Positions 20,164 through 29,576 of a stretch of 64,000 nucleotides of DNA are shown here, in pieces. Position 1 is the first letter of the stretch. Every line of letters starts with the position of its first letter. Location of the stretch: assembly GCA_963793265.1 (NCBI GenBank), contig CAWBZI010000004.1, forward strand, positions 608,001 through 672,000, in the 5' to 3' direction. This stretch comes from an uncultured cyanobacterium (GTDB taxonomy: Bacteria > Cyanobacteriota > Cyanobacteriia > Phormidesmidales > Phormidesmidaceae). Both the position numbers and the translations under genes were made by a program. Under the pieces are notes generated by a model that was given only the letters and a program-made list of their open reading frames with translations, was not told where the DNA came from and ran no database searches.

Positions 20164-22908
20164 ATGTCTTTCGACACATCGGCCTCAGGGGATACAGCGC
20201 TGCTCGGCTATGAAGAAAATTCACCACTAAGCACCCAGCTATCGACACCTGCTCTCTCGAATCTTGGAACAACTCAATCTCAGCGACCATCAGCGCTATC
20301 TTCTCCCGAGGCGGCAGCGTGGTTTAGTACTGTCCGTAATGCAACGACTCGGCAAGCTATCGAAGATCTGTTTGCAGATGGGTTCGCCAGCGACTTCTTT
20401 CGTACTAATCTTCAATCTGTTGGCTATGGCTCAGCGGGTGATGACTTTAGCGATCGCCCCTATTCAGCCAACGCCGATCAGCTCACGGGTGTATCTATAG
20501 CCTCAACAGACAATACTGATCCCCTATTAAGTGGCGGCATAGAAGATATTGCGGGCGCAGATACCGTCAGCGGACAGTCGCTTTTCTTCGCGCAAAACGA
20601 CACGCGAGGCACCGCGCAAAATTTAGGTACGCTCAACAACGTGCGCACCATCAATGGCCACGTGGGTACTGGCGATGATAACGACTTTTTCCGCTTTAAT
20701 CTTTCAGGCACTCGTAGCTTCAATCTGTCTTTGACTGGTATGAGCGCCGATGCTGATGTTCGACTGCTGAACAGTAGCGGGCAAACCATCCAAAGTTCGA
20801 CTAGAGCTGGCTCTAGCTCAGAAAGTATTAGCCGTACGCTCAATGCGGGCACTTACTACGCGCAGGTATACCGATACAGGAGCGCTAGCACTCGCTATAG
20901 CCTAAGACTCTCAGAAACGCCGCAGGATTCGGCGGGCAATACTCGAGGGGCGGCTCGCAATTTAGGTACGCTCTCAGGGACTCGCAACTTTCAAGATTTC
21001 GTTGGGACGAGCGATCGCAACGACTACTACCGCTTCAGTATTGACCGTAGAAGCGACTTTGACCTATCGATGACGGGCCTGAGCGCCGACGCTGATGTAC
21101 AGCTACTAGACAGCGATGGTCAGCTCATCCGTAGCTCACTTAGAAGCGGCAGCAGCTCAGAAAGCATCACTCAGCTTTTAGATGTGGGCGACTATTTCGT
21201 CCGGGTTTATCCATACACCGGCAATACCAACTACACCCTAAATCTGGATACAACGATCACTCAATCAGATGGTGCAGGCAATACTCGTAGCGCCGCTCGC
21301 GACATCGGTACCCTCGGCAGCAGTCAGACGTTTCAAGATTTTGTAGGCACTACCGACGCCAACGACTACTACCGTTTCGATCTCTCACAAAACAGCAACT
21401 TCAGCCTGGCAATGACCGAGCTGAGCGCTGACGCTGACGTTCAGCTACTCAACAGCAGCGGCCAGATCATTGAAGGATCGTATCGAGAAAACAGCCTCGA
21501 CGAATCGATTACGCGAACCCTCAATGCAGGTGCTTATTATGTCAGGGTCTTCCCTTTCAGCACTAGCAACACTAGCTACGCACTATCGGTATCGGCCAGC
21601 GCTGCTAGCTCACCTGATGGAGCCGGAAACACCCGCAGCACTGCCCGCAATATCGGCACCCTCTCAAGCAGTCAAACGTTTCAAGACTTCGTAGGCACCA
21701 ATGACACCAACGACTACTACCGCTTTAATCTCAGCGAAAGCAGCACCTTCAACCTTGCCCTCACTGGCCTGAGCGCCGATGCAGACGTGCGGCTCCTCAA
21801 TAGCAGCGGCATAACGATTCAAAGTTCACTAAGATCAGGCTCTAACTCAGAGAGCATCACACGCGCCCTCGCAGCCGGTACCTACTACGTACAGATTTAT
21901 CCATTCAGCGGAGCCAGTACAAACTACCAGCTCAGAGTGGGAGCTTCTGTTACCGAAGGTGGCTTCAACAACACCTATGGCTATGGACTGGTAAATGCAG
22001 CGACAGCCGTTGCTAATGCGCTGGGTCAAACCACGCCGTTGCCTAATGCGCCCAACTTAGGCGGCAACAACTGGGGCGCTGATATGGTAAATGCGCCTGA
22101 AGCTTGGGCTCAAGGTCACACGGGCGACGGCATTGTTGTCGCTGTTGTTGATTCTGGCGTTGACTATTCCCACATCGACCTGCGTGACAATATATGGGTC
22201 AATACTGGCGAAATTGCTAACAACGGCATTGATGACGACGGTAATGGCTTCATAGATGACACAACTGGCTGGGACTTTAGCAGCAACGACAATAGGCCCT
22301 TGGATGTAGAAGGTCATGGTACGCATGTGGCCGGTACGATTGCTGCTACCAATAACAATACTGGCGTTACCGGTATTGCTTATGGCGCACGGATTATGCC
22401 TGTGCGGGTACTAGGTGATAACGGCAGCGGCTCTAGTAGTGATGTTGCTGCAGGCATTCGCTATGCCGCCGCTAATGGAGCCGATGTGATCAACTTGAGC
22501 TTGGGTAGCTCTCGTCCTAATAGCACCATTGAAGCGGCTATTGAGTATGCAACTGAGCAAGGTAGCTTTGTGGTGATGGCCTCGGGTAACGAGTATGCAT
22601 CTGAGACTGGATACCCGGCTCGCTATGCGACTGACTACGGCATTGCAGTCGGCGCGGTTGATAGAAATAGGCAGGCCGCTGACTTCTCAAATGATGCAGG
22701 CACCGATTCGAGCCTACAGTATGTGGTTGCCCCAGGGGTTGATATCGTTTCAACCTCGCCTAACAATCGGTACCGCCCTTTGAGTGGAACCTCTATGGCG
22801 ACGCCTCACGTGGCTGGCGTGGTAGCGCTCATGCTCTCTGCTAATGCTGATTTGACTCATGCTCAAATTAGACAAATTTTGACTAGCTCAGCAACCGCGC
22901 TGTCTTAG
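20164..22908 (+). CDS. S8 subtilase with four N-terminal PPC repeats
   Basis: VAVVDSG, GHGTHVAG, SGTSMATPHVAG catalytic triad; four D.AGNT...DYYRF...LSADADV repeats. Confidence 0.93.
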   Translation: MSFDTSASGDTALLGYEENSPLSTQLSTPALSNLGTTQSQRPSALSSPEAAAWFSTVRNATTRQAIEDLFADGFASDFFRTNLQSVGYGSAGDDFSDRPYSANADQLTGVSIASTDNTDPLLSGGIEDIAGADTVSGQSLFFAQNDTRGTAQNLGTLNNVRTINGHVGTGDDNDFFRFNLSGTRSFNLSLTGMSADADVRLLNSSGQTIQSSTRAGSSSESISRTLNAGTYYAQVYRYRSASTRYSLRLSETPQDSAGNTRGAARNLGTLSGTRNFQDFVGTSDRNDYYRFSIDRRSDFDLSMTGLSADADVQLLDSDGQLIRSSLRSGSSSESITQLLDVGDYFVRVYPYTGNTNYTLNLDTTITQSDGAGNTRSAARDIGTLGSSQTFQDFVGTTDANDYYRFDLSQNSNFSLAMTELSADADVQLLNSSGQIIEGSYRENSLDESITRTLNAGAYYVRVFPFSTSNTSYALSVSASAASSPDGAGNTRSTARNIGTLSSSQTFQDFVGTNDTNDYYRFNLSESSTFNLALTGLSADADVRLLNSSGITIQSSLRSGSNSESITRALAAGTYYVQIYPFSGASTNYQLRVGASVTEGGFNNTYGYGLVNAATAVANALGQTTPLPNAPNLGGNNWGADMVNAPEAWAQGHTGDGIVVAVVDSGVDYSHIDLRDNIWVNTGEIANNGIDDDGNGFIDDTTGWDFSSNDNRPLDVEGHGTHVAGTIAATNNNTGVTGIAYGARIMPVRVLGDNGSGSSSDVAAGIRYAAANGADVINLSLGSSRPNSTIEAAIEYATEQGSFVVMASGNEYASETGYPARYATDYGIAVGAVDRNRQAADFSNDAGTDSSLQYVVAPGVDIVSTSPNNRYRPLSGTSMATPHVAGVVALMLSANADLTHAQIRQILTSSATALS
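20596..21945 (+). repeat. Four tandem PPC-domain repeats of about 110-115 aa (approximate bounds)
   Basis: Units begin near 20596, 20926, 21268 and 21616. Confidence 0.85.
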
Positions 22909-23025
22909 TCTTTGGCTGTAGGGTTCTCCTATAGTTGCTCGGTCACGATGGATGTAACTCCTTGTGACCGGTCGATTTTTTTGGTGCGATCGCTATTTTT
23001 CACGTTTTGCAGTACAGTAAATCGC

Positions 23026-24336
23026 ATGAAAGATGCTGCAAACAACAGACCTATTGCAATCGACCTGTTCTCGGGAGCCGGAGGGCTTGGCTTAGGCTTC
23101 GAGCAAGCTGGATTCGACGTGCCGGTTGCCGTTGAAATTGATCCAGTCCATGCGGCTGTTCATCAATTTAACTTTCCGCACTGCCAAACGCTTCCTAGAT
23201 CAGTTACAGACATCACAGGGAAAGAGATCCGACAGATCGCTAACCTCTCTGAAAAGCAGCCGATTGCTGTGGTGATGGGAGGCGCACCTTGTCAAGGCTT
23301 TTCGATCATGGGGCCTCGATCTACGAGCGATCCGCGTAATGCGTTAGTGAAAGATTTTTTGCGGCTAGTGGGTGAGCTTCAGCCGCAGTATTTTGTATTT
23401 GAGAATGTGAAGGGACTGACGGGCGATCGCTACAAACACATCTTCAACGCTATCCTCAATGACATCGCTAGCCTCAACTACCGCCTCATCAACCCCTGGC
23501 AAGTCCTCAACGCTCGCGACTACGGCGTACCTCAAAGTAGAGAAAGGCTGTTCTTAATCGGTGCAAAAAAAGGTTTGCCTGTGCCCACCTATCCGATACC
23601 TACTACAGCGCCGCCTACCTGCGCAGAAGCGTTAGATGATTTACCCGATGCTGATCTGTTCCACCAGCTTGTTGCTGCTGGGGAAGTTCCAATGCCACAG
23701 AGCCGACGACGGCTCAGCGACTACGCTGCTCTGATGCGATGCACGACTAAGCAGGGCTGGCACTATGGCTACCGCAGACAGTGGAACCCAAAGCTACTGA
23801 CCAATAGCATTCGCACCAGCCATTCCGAACGCTCAATGGTGCGCTTTGCCAATACCGAACCCGGCACCCGAGAGCCCATTTCTCACTTTTTTCGTCTATC
23901 GGCTGACGGCATTTCTACAACCCTCAGGGCCGGTACTGATTCGGCTCGTGGTTCATTCACGAGCCCCAGACCCATTCATTACCGGCACGCCCGCTGCATT
24001 ACCGTGCGCGAAATGGCCCGGCTTCACGGGTTTCCTGACTGGTTTCGCTTGCATAATACAAAGTGGCACGGGGCCAGGCAGGTTGGGAATTCGGTGCCGC
24101 CGCCTTTGGGTAGAGCGATCGCCACCCAAATTCTCAAAGCGCTAGATCACTCACCCACCGCTCCACAAAAGATACTGCCCGCAAGCGACGAGCGGTTACT
24201 AGACATGGTTGCTTCCCAGGCCGCTCAATATTGGGGAATTGAAAGCCCTATTCGTCAGCGAGACAAGGCGAATCTGCAATGGGCAAAGCGTGGCCGTGCT
24301 GATTCAAGTACTCAACCTGCTGTTCTTTCAGTCTAA
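23026..24336 (+). CDS. Orphan C5-cytosine DNA methyltransferase
   Basis: DLFSGAGG, GGAPCQGFS, FENVKG, QSRERLF, QVGNSVPP motifs. Confidence 0.95.
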   Translation: MKDAANNRPIAIDLFSGAGGLGLGFEQAGFDVPVAVEIDPVHAAVHQFNFPHCQTLPRSVTDITGKEIRQIANLSEKQPIAVVMGGAPCQGFSIMGPRSTSDPRNALVKDFLRLVGELQPQYFVFENVKGLTGDRYKHIFNAILNDIASLNYRLINPWQVLNARDYGVPQSRERLFLIGAKKGLPVPTYPIPTTAPPTCAEALDDLPDADLFHQLVAAGEVPMPQSRRRLSDYAALMRCTTKQGWHYGYRRQWNPKLLTNSIRTSHSERSMVRFANTEPGTREPISHFFRLSADGISTTLRAGTDSARGSFTSPRPIHYRHARCITVREMARLHGFPDWFRLHNTKWHGARQVGNSVPPPLGRAIATQILKALDHSPTAPQKILPASDERLLDMVASQAAQYWGIESPIRQRDKANLQWAKRGRADSSTQPAVLSV

Positions 24337-24485
24337 TAATTCGTAGTACTCAGCAGACATTTCTAAAAGCGGCATGTAGTGTTCTTGCAAATTAGCGAAC
24401 TCGCTCTCAGTGTAAATATAATACAGTCTCATATACAACAAAATATAGAATCGTCTGTTCATCATTTGTTCCTATGAACGACCTC

Positions 24486-24920
24486 TTACTTATGTGCCGA
24501 TAAATAGGTCATAAAGGAATTAACACCAAGCATTTGAATGTTGTGCTTTGCCATAGCAATTCTAAGAGCATCGTCAGCGCGTAGATCGTCATCCCCAGAA
24601 ACAATAGCGGCTGCTTTGCCGTCAATAGCGGCTGCTAGAACTGGTAGATCTTTAGGATCTCGGCAATTTGGCGGTATTGTACTAACTTCTATCCAGATAG
24701 CACGTAGTTTCAACTGCTTTTCGAGCTGGATTGCCTGATCAGAGTCAATACGTTTGTGCAAGCGAGGACGATTCCAAACTTCGTGCAGTTCATCGAACAA
24801 AAACTGGCTCATCACCAGCTGAAAGTCGTTTTGATTGAATGCTGTGATGATAGGCCGGGTGATAGGGCCTCTTAGCAGAATCCGAATCCAAATATTTGTA
24901 TCAATAACAACTCGCAGCAT
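24486..24920 (-). CDS. PIN-domain putative toxin
   Basis: RVVIDTNI, CRDPKD, IVSGDDDL. Confidence 0.85.
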   Translation of the reverse strand: MLRVVIDTNIWIRILLRGPITRPIITAFNQNDFQLVMSQFLFDELHEVWNRPRLHKRIDSDQAIQLEKQLKLRAIWIEVSTIPPNCRDPKDLPVLAAAIDGKAAAIVSGDDDLRADDALRIAMAKHNIQMLGVNSFMTYLSAHK

Positions 24921-24927
24921 CGTAGAA

Positions 24928-25146
24928 CTAACGGTGCTGTTGACGAACAGCTTTAATTTCACTATTTATGTCAGCGTCGCTAATATCATTAACGGGCGGC
25001 TGACTATACAAGTCCTCAATTATAATAGCCAGCTCTGATTGAAGCTCTGACTCAATAAGAGCCTTGGCAACCTGCGATCGCTCCTCCGGTCGAAGCTTTT
25101 GAACTGCTGAAATTAGCTGATCTAGTGTAATAGGCACAGATATCAT
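24928..25146 (-). CDS. Putative antitoxin partner of the PIN toxin
   Basis: Small ORF with GGAG RBS directly upstream of the PIN gene; ISDADINSEIKAVR C-terminus. Confidence 0.65.
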   Translation of the reverse strand: MISVPITLDQLISAVQKLRPEERSQVAKALIESELQSELAIIIEDLYSQPPVNDISDADINSEIKAVRQQHR

Positions 25147-25160
25147 AAGAGTCTCCTTTC

Positions 25161-25355
25161 TCAAATATTAGAGATTCGAGAACGATCTACTTTCTCAGTT
25201 TTTCGGCCTTCCTTTATCGCTTCTACGAGCGCGAAATCTTCAAGCACTCCAGTGAGCACCTCTCTAAAAAAGTCGCGGTTTTCGCTGAGCGTTTCAGCCA
25301 AGGCTGCTTTCATAGCCTGTTTTAGGGCTTCGGGTGGAATATCTGATCGAACCAT
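25161..25355 (-). CDS. Small antitoxin-like protein, possibly truncated
   Basis: LKQAMKAALAE...LEDFALVEAIKEGRKTEKV pattern. Confidence 0.5.
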   Translation of the reverse strand: MVRSDIPPEALKQAMKAALAETLSENRDFFREVLTGVLEDFALVEAIKEGRKTEKVDRSRISNI

Positions 25356-25508
25356 TGGATAAGCCTTGTAGTGTTTGCCCCTTACGCCATTATAAAAAAA
25401 TAATCCTTGTGCATCATACCTTCTGAATAACTACCCCTGGAGTATAGTCCGCTAATTCGCCCGCTGGCTATTACGATAAAAGGGTTGAAAGGCAAGTGCG
25501 TATACGTA

Positions 25509-26498
25509 ATGGACATTAAATCGGGATTTGTCGGCACAGTAGGCAATACGCCCCTGATTCGGCTCAATAGCTTTAGTGAAGAAACGGGCTGCGAAATTTT
25601 GGGGAAGGCGGAGTTTCTGAACCCTGGTGGCTCTGTTAAAGACCGAGCGGCTCTCTATATTATTGAGCAGGCTGAAAAGGACGGTAGGCTAAAGCCCGGT
25701 GGCACAGTGGTAGAAGGCACTGCTGGGAATACGGGGATTGGGCTGACGCATATTTGTAATGCGAAGGGCTATAAGTGCGTCATTATTATTCCTGAAACGC
25801 AGTCTCAAGAAAAAATGGATTTGCTGCGGACGCTGGGTGCTGACGTTCGACCTATCCCGGCGGTGCCCTACAAAGATGACAATAACTACGTGAAGGTTTC
25901 TGGGCGTTTGGCCGACGAGCTAGATAATGCAATTTGGGCCAATCAGTTTGAGAACTTAGCAAACCGGCGATCGCACTACGAAGGCACTGGCCCTGAAATG
26001 TGGGCGCAAACGGGCGGCAAAATTGACGGCTGGACGGCGGCGACGGGTACAGGCGGCACTTTTGCAGGCGTATCGATGTTCCTCAAAGAGAAAAACCCTG
26101 ATGCTCGCTGCGTGGTGGCAGATCCGATGGGCAGCGGGCTGTATAGCTACGTAAAGACGGGCGAGATTAAGCCTGAAGGCGGCTCTATTACCGAAGGGAT
26201 TGGGAACAGCCGCATTACAGGGAATATGGAAGGTGCGCCGATTGATGATGCGATTCAGATAGATGACCATGAGGCGCTGCGAGTGATTTATCAGCTCCTA
26301 TATAAGGAGGGGCTGTTTATGGGCGGCTCGGTTGGCATTAACGTGGGGGCGGCGGTAGCTTTGGCTAAGGAAATGGGGCCGGGCCACACGATCGTCACGA
26401 TTTTGTGTGATGGGGGCTCTCGCTATCAGTCCAAGATTTTTAACCGCGAATGGCTTGAAGCAAAAGGGCTGTGGTCTGATGAGTTTTTACCTAGCTAG
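25509..26498 (+). CDS. cysK: Cysteine synthase (O-acetylserine thiol-lyase)
   Basis: NPGGSVKDR PLP lysine, EGTAGNTG, GTGGT. Confidence 0.93.
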   Translation: MDIKSGFVGTVGNTPLIRLNSFSEETGCEILGKAEFLNPGGSVKDRAALYIIEQAEKDGRLKPGGTVVEGTAGNTGIGLTHICNAKGYKCVIIIPETQSQEKMDLLRTLGADVRPIPAVPYKDDNNYVKVSGRLADELDNAIWANQFENLANRRSHYEGTGPEMWAQTGGKIDGWTAATGTGGTFAGVSMFLKEKNPDARCVVADPMGSGLYSYVKTGEIKPEGGSITEGIGNSRITGNMEGAPIDDAIQIDDHEALRVIYQLLYKEGLFMGGSVGINVGAAVALAKEMGPGHTIVTILCDGGSRYQSKIFNREWLEAKGLWSDEFLPS

Positions 26499-26506
26499 GC
26501 GGTGAC

Positions 26507-27277
26507 ATGAATAGTGTTCTAGCTGGTTTTTTGGCGAGTTTGGGTGCGGGCTTAGCAACTGGTGTCGGTGCGCTACCCGTAATGCTGCCTTACAAAATGT
26601 CGCCAAAAACGCAAGGGATTTTGCTGGGCGTAGGCGGCGGTGTGATGCTGGCGGCGACCTCGTTTTCGCTGCTGATTCCGGGGACTGAGGCGGCGAGAAA
26701 CTTGGGTTATTCCGAGTCGGTGTCGGCTGGGATTATGGTGGCGGGCGTTTTACTCGGCGGCATTGCGCTGTGGCTGGCTCATGCGTTTTTTCCGCATGAG
26801 CATTTTTTTAAGGGTAAGGAAGGGCGTGAGGCTGAGAATTTTGAGCAGATTTGGCTGTTTGTGCTGGCGATCGCACTCCATAATTTTCCAGAAGGACTCA
26901 CGGTCGGCGTCAGCGTGGGCTCAGGTGCAGCGGGTGCACTTGCGCTTGCGGGCGGCATTGGCTTGCAGAATATGCCAGAAGGGCTGGTGGTTGCGATCGC
27001 CCTACGCAACTTAGGCTACTCCCCACGATATTCCCTCGGCATCTCCACCTTCACTGGCCTGATCGAACCTGTCGGCGGGCTACTTGGCGCAGGCATCGTC
27101 AGCTTTTCAGCCACCCTGCTCCCTTGGGGCATGGCCTTTGCCGCTGGGGCCATGCTGTTTGTCATCGTCGATGAAATCATTCCAGATATCGACCAAAAAG
27201 ACCTTGGGCAGGTGGGCACCTTCGGCCTGATGGTCGGATTTGTGGTGATGATGTTCTTAGATGTCACATTGGGTTAA
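26507..27277 (+). CDS. ZIP-family metal transporter (GufA/ZupT-like)
   Basis: LHNFPEG, QNMPEG, multiple TMs. Confidence 0.92.
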   Translation: MNSVLAGFLASLGAGLATGVGALPVMLPYKMSPKTQGILLGVGGGVMLAATSFSLLIPGTEAARNLGYSESVSAGIMVAGVLLGGIALWLAHAFFPHEHFFKGKEGREAENFEQIWLFVLAIALHNFPEGLTVGVSVGSGAAGALALAGGIGLQNMPEGLVVAIALRNLGYSPRYSLGISTFTGLIEPVGGLLGAGIVSFSATLLPWGMAFAAGAMLFVIVDEIIPDIDQKDLGQVGTFGLMVGFVVMMFLDVTLG

Positions 27278-27310
27278 GGTTACCTATCCTTATACAAGCA
27301 AAAAGACCCC

Positions 27311-28378
27311 ATGGCAGAGCTAAATGTCAATACCTCGGCTCCCGTACTGGTCACTGGTGCAACCGGATATGTCGCAGGATGGCTAGTCAAACGATTGTTA
27401 GATAGAGGGCTTACGGTTCATGCCGCCGTCAGAGATCCCGCTAATGCAGACAAGCTTAAATACCTTAATGACATTGCACTAAGCGCGCCCGGCAGTATTC
27501 AATACTTCAAAGCAGACCTACTCGATACCGGCTCCTATGCCGAAGCAATGCAAGGCTGCGAAGTGGTTTTTCATACGGCCTCCCCTTTTACAATGGCTGC
27601 AAAAGATCCGCAAAAAGAACTGATCGAACCGGCACAGCTCGGCACCCGAAACGTTTTAGAGCAGGCCAATCAAATTGAGTCTGTTAAGCGTGTGGTGGTC
27701 ACCAGTAGCTGCGCGGCGATTTATGGCGACAATGCAGACTTAGCGCAAATCGAAGGCGACGAATTTACCGAAGCCGATTGGAACACATCCTCCTCACTCG
27801 ACCATCAGCCTTATGCCTACTCAAAAACGCTGGCCGAAAAGGAAGCCTGGAAAATTGCCAAACAGCAAAACCGCTGGGATCTTGTCACTATCAACCCCTC
27901 GCTAGTCGTTGGCCCAGGCATCAATCCATTTGCTACCTCAGCCTCTTTTACCCTGATAAAACAGTTTGGCGACGGCACGATGAAATCAGGCATGGTAGAT
28001 TTTGGCGTTGGCGCAGTAGACGTGCGAGATGTGGCTGATGCCCACATGGCGGCGGGATTCAACCCGGCAGCGAAAGGTCGCTATATCGTCTCTGGATACA
28101 ACACTCATTTTCCAGAATTTGCCGAAATTCTCAGACAAAAATTTGGCGACGATTATCCCATCCCCAAAACGACGCTGCCCAAGTGGCTTGTCTGGCTCGT
28201 TGGCCCTTTCTTAGCTAAGAACACCAGCCGTAAATTCATTGCTCGCAATATTGGGCTACCCTTTCGCGCTGATAATAGCAAAGGTATTAAAGACTTAGAC
28301 ATTCACTATCGCTCGCTCGAAACCTCTATCACCGAAATGTTTCAGCAGCTCATCGACAGCGGTATCTTGACCCCATAA
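27311..28378 (+). CDS. NAD-dependent epimerase/dehydratase (aldehyde reductase, DFR-like)
   Basis: VTGATGYVA, FHTASP, YAYSK motif. Confidence 0.88.
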   Translation: MAELNVNTSAPVLVTGATGYVAGWLVKRLLDRGLTVHAAVRDPANADKLKYLNDIALSAPGSIQYFKADLLDTGSYAEAMQGCEVVFHTASPFTMAAKDPQKELIEPAQLGTRNVLEQANQIESVKRVVVTSSCAAIYGDNADLAQIEGDEFTEADWNTSSSLDHQPYAYSKTLAEKEAWKIAKQQNRWDLVTINPSLVVGPGINPFATSASFTLIKQFGDGTMKSGMVDFGVGAVDVRDVADAHMAAGFNPAAKGRYIVSGYNTHFPEFAEILRQKFGDDYPIPKTTLPKWLVWLVGPFLAKNTSRKFIARNIGLPFRADNSKGIKDLDIHYRSLETSITEMFQQLIDSGILTP

Positions 28379-28450
28379 TCGCTGAATCTCATAGTCTATT
28401 CCCTTAGGTATAGATTTTTAGATATCGGTCAATTTTTATTTGCTAAAGCG

Positions 28451-28465
28451 TACTCATTATGAGTA
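28451..28465. promoter_or_regulatory. Perfect 7-1-7 palindrome TACTCAT-T-ATGAGTA overlapping a TATGAT -10-like box
   Basis: Seen about 70 bp upstream of the Prx-Grx start. Confidence 0.5.
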
Positions 28466-28536
28466 TGATATGGGCTGTGGCAACGCGAATATTTGCGCAA
28501 ACCGCGCGTTTAACATCATAAGGAGATATCTATTTC

Positions 28537-29292
28537 ATGGCACTAGAGAATCGTGAAGGCCAAAAAGTTCCTAACGTTACCTTCCGTACGCGACAGAATG
28601 ACGAGTGGGTAGACGTGACAACCGACGATATTTTTAAAGGCAAAACTGTGGTTGTCTTTTCACTGCCGGGCGCATTTACGCCGACTTGTTCTTCTACTCA
28701 CCTGCCTGGCTACAATGAGTACGCCACTTTGCTAAAGCAAAACGGCGTTGACGATGTGGTGTGTATGTCGGTAAACGACACGTTTGTAATGAACGCTTGG
28801 GCGGTGAACCAAGAAGCTGAGAACATTACGGTACTTCCTGACGGTAACGGCGAATTCACGCAAGGCATGGGCATGCTGGTCGATAAAGAAGACCTCGGCT
28901 TTGGTAAGCGCTCCTGGCGCTATTCGATGCTGGTAAAAGACGGCACCGTTCAGAAAATGTTTATTGAGCCTGAAGTGCCTGGCGATCCTTTTGAAGTCTC
29001 AGATGCTGAGACAATGCTGAACTACATTAACGAAAAGGCAGGCAAGCCCCATCGCGTGTTTATGATCAGCAAGCCTGGCTGTTCTTTCTGTGAAAAAGCC
29101 AGAAATATGCTCGAAGCGCACGGCATGAGCTACGAGCAGGTTGAGCTAGGCGGTGGCGTCAGCACTAAGGCGCTCTATGCTGTTTCGGGTGAGGGCACGA
29201 CGCCTCAGATTTTCATTGACGGTCGCCTGGTTGGTGGGTCTGATGACTTGGAATCCTACTTTGAAAAGCTGAACGCTACGGCTGCTGCGTAG
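28537..29292 (+). CDS. Hybrid peroxiredoxin (Prx5)-glutaredoxin, glutathione-dependent
   Basis: PGAFTPTCS Prx5 site; C-terminal Grx with CSFC and TPQIFIDG. Confidence 0.93.
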   Translation: MALENREGQKVPNVTFRTRQNDEWVDVTTDDIFKGKTVVVFSLPGAFTPTCSSTHLPGYNEYATLLKQNGVDDVVCMSVNDTFVMNAWAVNQEAENITVLPDGNGEFTQGMGMLVDKEDLGFGKRSWRYSMLVKDGTVQKMFIEPEVPGDPFEVSDAETMLNYINEKAGKPHRVFMISKPGCSFCEKARNMLEAHGMSYEQVELGGGVSTKALYAVSGEGTTPQIFIDGRLVGGSDDLESYFEKLNATAAA

Positions 29293-29576
29293 TCTTTGAT
29301 GGCACATAGCTTGCGCTGACAGCACATAGCTTGCCCAAGCTTGAGCCCTCCTTCTAAACCCGTAAAGTCTTGCACCACAGGGTTTTACTACATTGGAAGG
29401 AGGGTTTTTACGCCATAAAAAAGCGGCACACATCACGTCAATTCCTCTATGATCTGTATGTGTAAGCGAGCTGTGGCGATCGCTATTTTGAATAGTCGTA
29501 GCGGCTGAGCAACTATTTATATTGATAACAGTCCTAATTTATTTTTGATAATTCTTTTTCACTCCAGGAGCGACGT

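Noticed and set aside
18545..25400. tRNA-Val-anchored genomic island
   Set aside because: No integrase and no duplicate of the tRNA 3' end was found by eye
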